DNA from: Glycera tridactyla
Lineage: Eukaryota
Direction of reading: 5' to 3'
Length of the DNA: 64,000 bases
Assembly: GCA_965644265.1 (NCBI GenBank)
Contig: OZ286464.1
Span: 46,376,001 to 46,440,000 of the forward strand
In this document: one piece after another, positions 50,878-61,387 of the stretch
Position numbering within the stretch: position 1 is the stretch's first letter
Layout: each line of letters begins with the position of its first letter
Position numbers and translations under genes: made by a program
The notes under the pieces: generated by a model
The model's input: only the letters and a program-made list of their open reading frames with translations
Told to the model about the DNA's origin: nothing
Database searches by the model: none

Positions 50878-52314
50878 AACTTAGGAATTGAATATTACGA
50901 AAGTAATACTAAAGTTGTGAAATGTATTTAAGAGGTTATTTATTGGTTTCAGATGGACGAGAACAAGTTAGAAGCCCATGCGTGGTCGTACATTCGATGG
51001 AGGTGAGTGATATATATGACTTGAAAATCACTAAAAGCTATGGGGACTCCATCAGTGAAGTTGCGCCTACGTCATCATATGAGGAAATCCCTCGTCTACT
51101 GACGCGACACTCAGCGGCAAAGTAATAAATTTCTAGTTACTCACCTTCCGCTTGGGGGAAAATCCGATATCACTGTCACATCTCTGCGGTTCAGTTATGC
51201 ACTGGTGTTTCATCTTTTGTCCGCTAGGCGCTAACTCGAAGCGACGGTATCGCATCCCCGTGAGAAAATGAAGAACTTATGAATCCTGTGTCAACCGCTA
51301 GGCTTAACCTCGAGAATACATGTTCGCATCCCCGTGACGAACTGAAGAACTTTTAGTGAAGGCAGATGACGCTAGTCATTGACAATTTCTCTGAAGAAAA
51401 AATAGTTAAGACTATGATTACTATCTGCACCACACCTAAATGAATCAATAACGCAATCACAATCACTGCCACCAATAACACCATGAATACAACACACTAA
51501 TAAATTATACAGATGATTATATTTTCCTAAAATGACATAATATTTCTTTTATTTCAGAGTGATTTCCTGAAGTTTTTCCATCGTTTTCCGGACGTTTCAA
51601 GAGATGCAATATTTGTCTTCTGGATACAGTCTCTCAGCATCGATATGCGGAAGTATTTTGAACGGAACATTCGATCAACATTTATATTCAGCCATCAAGA
51701 AGCATCCAAGATTTCTCGTATCTGACTTACAATTTTCAGATGGAAAAAAATATGTGTTTCTGACGTTTTAAGTGATTCAATATTTGTCATATCAATACAA
51801 CCCCATGAAACAAATAGCAATGACAGTATTCAATGTGTTAATAGAAGCTGGAGTCACTTAAAAAGCCATATTAATGTCGAATATATGTGATTTTTTTTCA
51901 CCTGCATGACAATTTATATCAATGGCAATATCAACGGGTGTCGGGTTTATATTTTTTATATGGGATTTAACAAGATATTACTGTATGAAAATTACGGGAT
52001 TTTGGATTATGTTCCATAGTACTTTGTGGCAATGGATTCAATATTGGATGTCGTTTTTTTTTTCTCTATTTGGGCATTTAAAAATAGTTTGTTTTTTTTA
52101 AGGTGACATAAATTTGTGGCAATGCACCCAGTATCAGATGTCGTTTTTGTTAACTAGGATGTTAAATATTAAGACTGTGATAAATATGGTTTTTTTTCCT
52201 TGTACATAATATATTGTGGCAATGCACCTGTAATCGGGTGTCGGGTTTATTACTATTTTTTGGGTATTTCTTAACTTATGATTATGAGTGTGTGTGTGTG
52301 TGTGTATTTTTGGC

Positions 52315-52345
<31 letters not shown>

Positions 52346-52692
52346 AGATGTAATACTTCATATACTTTTATATATTGTTTATGTGAGAATAATATTTATT
52401 CAACAGGTTATTCACTGAATTAAATAATTCTTACCTGCAGTTATTCCGTGTTTCTTTATTACTGGTTGTGAACATCCTCAAAAGTATGCAATGCCATTTC
52501 AGATAGAACAATGGCGCACGAATAACTCTCCTGTTCCAGTGTATGAACGTAGTCCTCTAACATGTGTCCCTTCGTAACTGTATAATTTAAAGTATGATGC
52601 ATGCCATTTCAGTACGTAAATCCAACAATACATGTACGACGGTCAAATTATTTACAAGACATAACAAGTATGTACAACTCCGAAAAATGTTT

Positions 52693-53643
52693 TTAGAAGT
52701 GAATGTTAGGCATTTCTGCAAGCACCTCAGCTGGCAGATCCAAATTCCTCACATTGTAATACCTTCCCATCAGTTCCAACAGGTCCTCGAAGGTGTCTCT
52801 TCCCTTATTGTTCCATCTGTATTGTATCTCCTTCAAATATGGTCCAAGTCGATCTCTCCTAACACCATGCATTCTCTTGATTGCCAGTTTGGCATTCCCC
52901 CAGAACCCTTCCATAGACTGGGTATGTGCCTCTTCATCATCTGGATCAACATAGTCCTCAGCATGACAGACTGTTTTGTGAGTGTAATTGTTTCTATGTA
53001 CAGAAATTCCATTGTATGCCCTCCACTCATCCGAAACAATTGTGGTACCAGGTGCTATCATATCCTCAATGGCACCTATGAACACCTCAGCTGATCTGTT
53101 TTCGACTTGCCTCAAAAGGACCTTTTGAGTATCTCTTTGTATAGCTCCAAAGATCCATGGATCATTTGGTGGATGCCTTCCTCTGTGGTATTTTGCTCTG
53201 CCACGCCATAGACTTTCATCTATTTCAACAGTCGTGCCTGGCCCTCCAAGTCGATCTTCGTTTTCGTCGACATTTCGCCACATTAGATCGCGAAACAAAT
53301 TGTACCAATCGGTCACTGAGTGTTCGCACACAACCCCGTTGCACATTCGGGACACTACATTAATCGCAATGTTTCTAGCAAAGAAATATAGCAGCATTAT
53401 GAAGTAACGAAATTCCATTTTTTGTTTCGACAGAAACGATCCATCACGTATGGATTTCCGACCTTTACACAAAGGACATTTAAAAATGTATCCATCTATT
53501 TTCCTTTGTCTATACCTCTCCTGACGCATCCAAACTTCACAACCATTGCAGTATTGTCCTTTTTTTAGTATGTTCTTTTCACGTAGAAACAATATAGAAT
53601 CTTCTCTGGTTCTAGTCCTCTCAAAGACACTCCATATGTCCAT
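52693..53643 (-). CDS. Merlin/IS1595-family DDE transposase, uninterrupted ORF (316 aa from ATG 53643)
   Basis: N-terminal Zn-ribbon (CNGC...CPLC...RKSIRDGSF). Catalytic motifs GTTVEIDES, KYHRGR, WIFGAIQR, TTIVSDEWRAY, HKTVCH, HTQSMEGFW. No stops or frameshifts. Confidence 0.92.
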   Translation of the reverse strand: MDIWSVFERTRTREDSILFLREKNILKKGQYCNGCEVWMRQERYRQRKIDGYIFKCPLCKGRKSIRDGSFLSKQKMEFRYFIMLLYFFARNIAINVVSRMCNGVVCEHSVTDWYNLFRDLMWRNVDENEDRLGGPGTTVEIDESLWRGRAKYHRGRHPPNDPWIFGAIQRDTQKVLLRQVENRSAEVFIGAIEDMIAPGTTIVSDEWRAYNGISVHRNNYTHKTVCHAEDYVDPDDEEAHTQSMEGFWGNAKLAIKRMHGVRRDRLGPYLKEIQYRWNNKGRDTFEDLLELMGRYYNVRNLDLPAEVLAEMPNIHF

Positions 53644-53689
53644 CGTGGAGACCGCAGAATTCAAAACTGAAAGTGTTAACCGCGAAACG

Positions 53690-53743
53690 GTCACGTGATC
53701 ATCTTGCGCCTGGTCACGTGACAGCAACGACGGCGTTGATTGG
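53690..53743 (-). promoter_or_regulatory. Putative transposase promoter: two GTCACGTGA E-boxes and a CCAAT box
   Basis: GTCACGTGA at 53690-53698, GTCACGTGAC at 53713-53722, and ATTGG at 53739-53743 (CCAAT on the minus strand), 50-100 nt upstream of the ATG. Confidence 0.45.
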
Positions 53744-54204
53744 TCAAGAGTCTACCTCGCTAAATCACACTGAAGTCATTGAATGATTCGTTATGAAAAC
53801 AAAAACAAAGAATATATCTATAACTAGAAGTATTCAAGTATTTCTAGATATATATGACAAATAATAAAGCATAATAATACATTTTAAAATGTTAGTAACC
53901 AAGGAACTACTTCGTTCCGCGCAAGCTCACGCATTCTTCTTGAAGCCGATTCACTCACTTCCGCTTTGCACATTTCTTGTTTTGGAATGGATACGATAAC
54001 GCGACACACACAACTTTCAGGTAATTTATTAGAATTACACCTTACGTATAACATTTTTCGTTCCGATATTGTGTGCGCACACTAACACATAATACATAGT
54101 TTCAATTGTGCTCAATTATAGTTCACTGAAGCATGTAATCTTTATAAAAAAACATATTTTATGTGATAAACAAAGACCACCAATTCCATTTCGTCATGTG
54201 TTTG

Positions 54205-54405
54205 ACATGTATTCTAAAGTGGCTGCTGAAAAGGCTGCAATCATGGCTACAGACCTTCCCCGGGGTGATTTTCCCCTTACGCGAAGGGAAATTATCACAG
54301 TTAATTTATACATTCGTTCCTATTAGGTCAGGCAGCCACTTCTGAAGCCTTCTTTGAAGCCTTCTTCGAAGCTTTATATAAAGGACCTTGTTCTGAAGTT
54401 ACCCC
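54205..54405 (-). repeat. Right terminal inverted repeat of the Merlin element
   Basis: Reverse complement of the left TIR; the inner boundary is approximate. Confidence 0.85.
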
Positions 54406-54413
54406 GCGATCTG
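54406..54413. repeat. Right target-site duplication GCGATCTG
   Basis: Identical to 46318-46325 and abuts the TIR. Confidence 0.9.
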
Positions 54414-54959
54414 TGAGTGTATATGACCCTAAAATAGAAACCAGTTGGACGCTGCCTGGGGCTTTGACATCGAACAGACCTGCTGCTACTGCTGCTTATT
54501 AAAAAGCACTAGTGCGACCTATTTCAGACCATTTACATCACAAATTATGTCGTGGGAGAAAAACAAGAACCAGAGAGCGTCGGGGATCGCCACAATCTCC
54601 AACTCGGCCTGCGGCCTCGTGACGATCAACGCCGCTGGCGCCTGCCTCGTTGGAGATTGTGGCGATCCCCGACGCTCTTTGGTTCTTGTTATAATGTTGT
54701 GAGGATGTGATCTGTGTGTGCATTTAGAAGTCAAGCCAAAATCTGCCTCAAGTTGGCAGAGCACACATTTTTAAATCAATCTGGCAGCACAGACAACACC
54801 TCACAGCCATGTACAGTGACGCTTCCCATTGGCTGCTACGATCACCTGGGATGATAATGAATATACATGATACTTGCATTCAGATCTTCTGAGCATGATC
54901 AGACATGAAGAGTGATACTGATGATCCTTGACATGGGTATCTGTCATCTCAGATGAATT

Positions 54960-56130
54960 CAATCAAGAAATGGGTGTGCCATAAGGTAGCATTCTCTCTG
55001 ACCCTTTTTTAGTATTGAGATCAATAACATTGTGAAATGTCTGAATGACGACACGAAATGTTCTCTCTATGTAGATGATTTTCTCATCTGCTATGAAGAA
55101 AATAGTTTAAGAACCATTGAGAGACAGTTACAACTTTGTCTCAATAAGATCCCAAACTGGGCAGATGAAAATGGGTTTGAGTTTTCCAAGACCAAAACTG
55201 TATGTACGCATTTCTGCAAATATACCCGGCCTCATGGAGAGCCAAATCTCACACTAGATGGAGCAGCAATACCACTAAATTTCTTGGTATGATATTTGAT
55301 CTGTGTTTGGCATTCAGACCTCACATCAAACAACTGAAAGTTAAATGTAAGAAAGCCTTAGACTTTTTGAGAGTCCTGTCACATTTGGATTGGGGTGCAG
55401 ATCGACAGACATTACTGATGTTATCGATCATTGATCAGATGGAAATCAGATTATGGATGTTTTATTCATGGTTCCGCATCCAAGTCAAATCTTCTATTGC
55501 TTGAACCAATAGCAAATCAGGGACTACGCATCTCTCTTGGAGCATTCAGGACATCAGCTCAAAGTCTCCATGTGGAAGCTCAAGAACTCCCTTTGAATTT
55601 ACCGAGAAACATATTGGCCCTCCAGGATTGTCTGAGGTTAGCAGCAAACCCAGATAACCCAGCTTCTGTTTGTATTTTGGAATTGAAAACCATCAAGGAT
55701 TTCGTGAACAGGCAACCACTGGCTAAACCACTGGGGGTCCGTTTAGATCCGGATCTTCAGAAGCTCAAATTACATACAATTCCTATTTCACAGATGAATC
55801 CAGCAGGATTCTCTGTCTGGAAATACAAACCCCCAGAAATACACTTGGGACTCACACGATACCAGAGGGATAAAACAAGCCCATCCGTCTATACCTGGAA
55901 TTTAGATCATCCTATAAGGATGTTTCGTCTGCCCGGAAACACCCCAGTAAGGGTAACTGTGTAGTTATACAATGTATAATTTGACGCATGAAAATCAAGA
56001 AAATCAAATCAAATCAAATCACGAAGCCATTCTTACAGATGGCTCGAAATTTGAAGAGAAAGCTGCAACAGCAGCATACAAAAAGACGACCATACGCACC
56101 ATATATGCATTCCTTGCAATGAGGCTGATG
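54960..56130 (+). pseudogene. Decayed non-LTR retrotransposon (LINE) RT C-terminus plus RNase H start, I/Jockey-group-like
   Basis: GVP*GS, SLYVDDFLI, FEFSKTKT, KFLGMIFD, DWGADRQTL, GLRISLGAFRTS and ILTDGSK motifs, split over frameshifted ORFs 55032, 55202, 55431 and 55972. Confidence 0.85.
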
Positions 56131-56431
56131 ACAGGGCGGCTAAGTCTGTCTACCCTTCTTTCTTAGATCCAGGTTGAACTGGATCCAGCAAATTGCACAT
56201 ACGCACTGCTGGTCAATGATATCCATCCCCTCCCATCAATGCACACTACCACCGCATTTATTGAATAAATCAAACACTAGAAAATACACATACTTAATTC
56301 ATCACTATGCGTACGAAATTGGATATGTCACCTCACATCTATCAACTTCATAGCTTGTTCTGACATTCTTAAGGCTATATTGCCCATATCTCTGGTATCA
56401 ATCATCCACTGTAATAATGTGTTTATGTGCC

Positions 56432-56579
56432 NNNNNNNNNNNNNNNNNNNNNNNNNNNNNNNNNNNNNNNNNNNNNNNNNNNNNNNNNNNNNNNNNNNNN
56501 NNNNNNNNNNNNNNNNNNNNNNNNNNNNNNNNNNNNNNNNNNNNNNNNNNNNNNNNNNNNNNNNNNNNNNNNNNNNNNN
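56432..56579. other. Assembly gap (N run)
   Basis: Ns. Confidence 1.
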
Positions 56580-58204
56580 GGCTCATCACCTGTCCCATTT
56601 GATATGGGTTTAGTGGGAGGCCCACTGATGTGCATATCGTGCATACGAGTTCCCCAGGAATCATTGAATGGATTTGATGATGGACCAGCAGGCTTGTGTG
56701 TGTAGTAGTGGCGTCTTTCATGGATGTCAGACTTCCATCACCACCCCCACTGTTGTGGTCATGTAATGATCCTCCATGATGGCTATATCTCCCACTTGGG
56801 GAAGAAAAATATAAATGCCTGTCATCATGACTGTCTCTCAACCCTCTACTATTGTGAACAACTCCCAAATTTCCAAATGGTTGTGAGCTATTGTCAAATA
56901 ACCAATCTTCACGACACCCCAAGTTATATGATTGAACAACCTGTGACTTATTTCTGGGATCATTGTCGATATGCAGCTGTGCTGATTCAAATGTGTCAAA
57001 ACCTTCGAGATGTGATTGGTCATAATAGTCACTAGCATTATTGTTCAAATACGGCTGTGCTGATTCAAAAAATGTCAACACCTGTATGATGAGATTGATC
57101 ATGATAGTCACTAGCCTGATTGTATCAGTCTCACTTGCATCAGGTTGATAAGCTCTGTCCATGCTTCACACTGTCTTTCCATAAAACTCTGAAGTCGGTA
57201 TAAAAATATTTCATCACCTTCTTATCCTGTCCTATAGATGTCCAGTATGGAGGTGGTGTTCCTGGACGGCTTGCTGCTGGTATTGCGTTTTTGCTGGCTG
57301 TGTATTGCTGATCCTTGTAGACGGTTCTGTCTGATGCTGCGCAGTCTCTGGTACTCGTCCATCTGATCCTGGTTGCTGTGTGTGACGTCATTTGACATCA
57401 TTCCAGCGGTACACATGCTTCGACCTTCATCATCCCACCATTGCTCATCGCTCACCTCGTCCCCGAATATGTCATCCTTCACCCATGAAGTCTGCTGGCT
57501 ATCTTCACTCTTAAGATCACTGGACTGCTCCTCTAAATCCCTGAGCAAGTCGTCATCCAATTCGAATGGGTTCAACAATTCGTAGGACACTCCACTCAAC
57601 ATGTCTGTTGATCTCGCAGCTTCTTACGAGAATATTTATTCTTCTACCTTCTGTGTTTGTTCCACATCCTCGACTGCTTCACCAACTCCACCATATATAG
57701 AATAGATGGTTAGACCACCAATATATTCCGACAAGATGTTGTTGCTGTTGTTGTTGCTGTTGTTATGTTGAATATAAAGGGCTGAGTGAAGGCTCTCTTT
57801 TGAGAAACCTTCACTGAACTGTGGCTGACCCACCTTGCACAAGATGCAGGAGATGTAGCTTGGCTTGCCTGTGCATATAGCGCATGCAGATGAGAGAGAT
57901 AGAGAATCTTGGAGATATTACAGCTTCAGCAGTCCAGACATGGCTTCTCACAGTGGTGTGGCATCAGCTTGCAGCCCAGATGTAACGTTACATTAAACTT
58001 CCCTGTTCCTTGTGGGTGAGTTTCTGCGATGGCTCGGTATGCGACTTTCCAAAATTTTAATGGAAACCCAAGTTCTTAATAAGATCAACAGTGAACAAAA
58101 CTGCGTCACAGCAATTTTCGTATGTAGACGCCATAATGAAGAGATCAAGCAAGTATGCACATGTGGTGAAGCCATGTTGTTGCTTAGAAATGGCACCTTG
58201 GGTG

Positions 58205-58351
58205 TCTGAATTTCATAAATTTTCACCTTCCGTTTGGGACCCAGAAGGAGGAGTCTTGGAAGATCCCACCCATGCCCATTGCATGGGCGTCACAATATAG
58301 CCCAGATGGTGCTGACGTGACGTTGAACCAAAAGTGACCAACCAACCAACC
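58205..58351 (+). repeat. SINE-like dispersed repeat ending in a (CCAA)n tail
   Basis: Core CCCATGCCCATTGCATGGGCGTCACAATATAGCCCAGATGGTGCTGACGTGACGTT. Other copies at ~44380-44490, 45290-45445 and 45737-45850 (+), and ~60878-60985 and 63100-63215 (-). Confidence 0.7.
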
Positions 58352-59850
58352 ATGTTGCTGCAAGGTAGAGATAATCGAGACCTTTGTAAACACCCTGGGG
58401 CTGCGCAGGCCAACAAATTCAAAGTGTGAGCCCGCCATATGAATCGCAAGTAAATCATAAGGTACATAAACGGTAAAAATAACCATCTTTTTCCGGAGTC
58501 AGGAATACCATCGAATAATAATCACCAGGCATAAGTGTGCAGTTCTGAAAGACACCATCACGTAACAACTATGGAACAGCTGTGTCCAGATGTGGCATCA
58601 TGTTAGAGGTGATGGATTTCCAAAACTGAATGCATTTGGCAGTTCCCCAGCCACAAACACAGATGAATATTGTTTACACTTACTCACAGTTGCCTTCTTT
58701 AGAGGAGGTTGTCCGTCTGGGGTTGGTGCAGCTGCCCGCCAAAGTTGTTGTTTCCTCTGCGGTTGCGGTTGCAGCCCCTGCCACGCTTCTGATTCTGCTG
58801 TGACTGGGAGTAGTTGCCCAAACCAGGTGAGTTTGGTAGAAACGTCATGGGCCCCCAACAACCCTGCACCTGTGGCACAAAGTACTGGTGTTTATACTCG
58901 TTGTTGTGGTAGTTGCTTCTGGGGTACCCTCCCGTCTTGTTTGACGATTTGCCACCTCTGTTATTGCCAGTAGAAGTTGATTTCTTCTGTGCATTTTGTT
59001 GGTTTTTCAACCGGTTGACTAGTGCCTCGGCTTCAGCGATTTTCTTCATGGTGTCAGAAACCGGTTTGAGGGACCTTCTTCCCCACTAGTACAGAGTATA
59101 TGCCCTTGTGAGGTCTGTTCATGTAGCCACGATGAGCGACTTGGCGTTGGTTCGCCGTACGTAGCATTTGGACACTATCCCACAACTTGAACACCACTGC
59201 AGCTTGTTCCACTGGGTCAGTACCAAATCAGTACCAAGTCAGTACCATATCCAGGATGTCCAACAGTGACGTCAGCGTTTTCAGGTTGAATGGTTGGATA
59301 TGCTTAGCCCTCATTTCGTTGTTGCGCCACTGAGGTAACCCAGTGCATGTCGACTGGGATATCAAAGGCTGGCCGTGTATATAGTAGCCTTTTCCTGTAC
59401 GCGCGTTAAAGATCCACTGCTGTCTTTCGCAAAGAGTAGGGACTTCCTCCAGCAGGCAGTGACTCTTTTCTCCGGCATTTTCAGTTTTTTTCAGTCCGAT
59501 GTACCCCAAGCGGGTTTGAGTGATGTTAAACTCAAACAAACAAACAGCATATCCCGCCAGATTTCCCAGTTCATAGTCGGCACTTTCAGCAATGAGACAT
59601 TCGATGGGATCTATTGCTGCTTTATCAAAGCTGCATCAGCTATGGGTTGTGTCAGCATCTTAACAACTTTATCACGCAATATGATTGCGAGCGGCCGTCC
59701 AGGGATCGCATCACTGGTGTACCAATTGTCTCTGCCATTGATGATAGCTTCCACGGTGGAGGTGAAGGTGGTGGCACTGTCATGCTGAGGTACCTGCGCA
59801 GGCAGCACACCGAGGCGTGAGGCGAGGCAGCAATTGTAAGCAGGCCTGCA
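58352..59850 (-). pseudogene. Decayed DIRS-like (tyrosine-recombinase) retrotransposon fragment: gag-like ORF1 plus RT piece
   Basis: Minus-strand GLRSPRVFTKV (DIRS RT F.GL..APRVFTKV type), preceded by an N/Q/R/G-rich ORF1 tail and a PSNVSLLKVPTMNWEIW motif; many stops. No recombinase seen. Confidence 0.55.
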
Positions 59851-61334
59851 GTTCAGATTGCTCAAATGAATTACAGTCGAACCTGCTCATGAAGGCCACT
59901 GACGGTCGGGGCTGAAAGTGGCCTTTGTCAGGGGTTGGTCTTTGTAGAGGGTCTGTGAGTGAGATACAAAAATGGACACATATATACTGTACATGAATAC
60001 CGATTCTCTATTACATTAAAACATAACAAAACATATCAAAGCATCTTCAAATTGCACAAAAAATTGAAGAAAAGAAATGAAAAAGAATATTCAGTCGCAA
60101 ATTCTCGAGGGGTTGAAAAATTCAGTGGCTTTAGACTTCTTTGCACATGATGATGCACGAACAGTTGTGATGTTATTCTTCTTGTGCTTTTTCCCACATA
60201 TCGGAGGAACCATTTTAAACAGCATATAGTTCTAGTGTCTCCAAAGCCGCAAGAATATATCTAATGGGAACCTTAGCGTGTTCAACTGTAACATCCTCAC
60301 CATCATCGTGACCACCATCATCATTTTCAGCATCGTCATCCTCCCTGATGGCATTGAATAGTGTCCGAGCTGATTGATCCCAGTCTCACATACTCTTGTC
60401 ACATGTGTGGAACTGACTGTCAAGGTTTAGTAACTCAATGATTTCACAAACAGTTCAGCCGCCAGTGTATGTGGCAATGGCAGTGGTGTTGGTGGCGGCG
60501 GATTTGAAGGTGGCGGAGGCGGGGTTGTTGGTGGTGTTGGTAGTGGTGGCGGTGACTGTGGCAGTTGCAATGGTAGTGGTAGCTTCGTTGGTAGTGGGGA
60601 CAGTAGGGGACGACCATTGATTTCCAGCCAGCAGCACATATGACTGTCCGTGATGGTCCAGGTGGTGACAGAGATACGGGTGCGGGTGGTGGCCCGGCTG
60701 GTGCTGACAGCTGGCGAGAATGGTAATGTTTACTGACACCGCTAGGGGTCGGCCTTGGTTCCAGGAGGCTATAGCAGGACTCTATGCCTTTGAATTAATT
60801 GATTGAGTGATTGATTGATTGTACTTTACCGGCATGTATCGATTGACCATTGTTCGGCTTGTCATTTGCTCTACGTCTCGTGAGCATCAACTGGGCTGTA
60901 TTGGAAAGCCCATGCCAGTGGACATGGGCGGGATCATTAGACTCTTTCTGGGTCCCTAGAGGAAGGTGCCTCCTTGATATGAAGTGCAGATCGGATAGAT
61001 CTGTGCCATATTGTATGTCTTGTATCGATTGGTGAGCCTCGTACATTTTGGTCACCTATTTGAACAGGAGGTTTGACGATTGAATGTTTGATGTTCAACG
61101 TCATGTATCAACCCGAAGGTTTATGTACGCCGTGTGTTCCTTGCCAATGAACGCTGGATATTCTGTCTCCTGTAGATATAACTCTCACAAACCCAGAAAA
61201 CAAGGTGATGGGGAACTTGAAAGTCTGCCAAGTGGAAGTAGCTGACACCATCATCATCACCCCCTCCTCCTCCCTCTTCTTCTTCGTGCTCCTCTGCCTC
61301 CTCATCCTCATCAACGCCCTTGCCCTCTTCTCAT

Positions 61335-61387
61335 ACTCCTCCTCCTCCTCCTCCTCCTCCTCCTCCTCCTCCTCCTCCTCCTCCTCC
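61335..61387. repeat. (CTC)n microsatellite
   Basis: Direct reading. Confidence 0.9.

Larger units (their letters stand above)
46326..54405 (-). mobile_element. Full-length 8,080-bp Merlin (IS1595/ISXO2-related) DNA transposon with passenger ORFs
   Basis: Exact 8-bp flanking direct repeat GCGATCTG (46318-46325, 54406-54413). Inverted termini GGGATAACTTCAGAACACGGTCCTT and GGGGTAACTTCAGAACAAGGTCCTT (23/25 identical). Internal IS1595-type transposase ORF. An 8-bp TSD and GG termini are Merlin hallmarks. Confidence 0.9.

Noticed and set aside
46326-52600. Cargo region as an independent Helitron or Maverick nested in the Merlin
   Set aside because: I found no Rep/helicase, polB or integrase motifs, and no separate termini or TSD inside the Merlin TIRs.
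52594-53363. Plus-strand ORFs of 166 aa and 68 aa opposite the transposase
   Set aside because: These are antisense shadow frames of the real transposase ORF.
60232-60739. Thr/Pro-rich minus-strand ORFs as a mucin-like gene
   Set aside because: Low-complexity GGT/GGC repeats keep several frames open, and there is no convincing exon structure.
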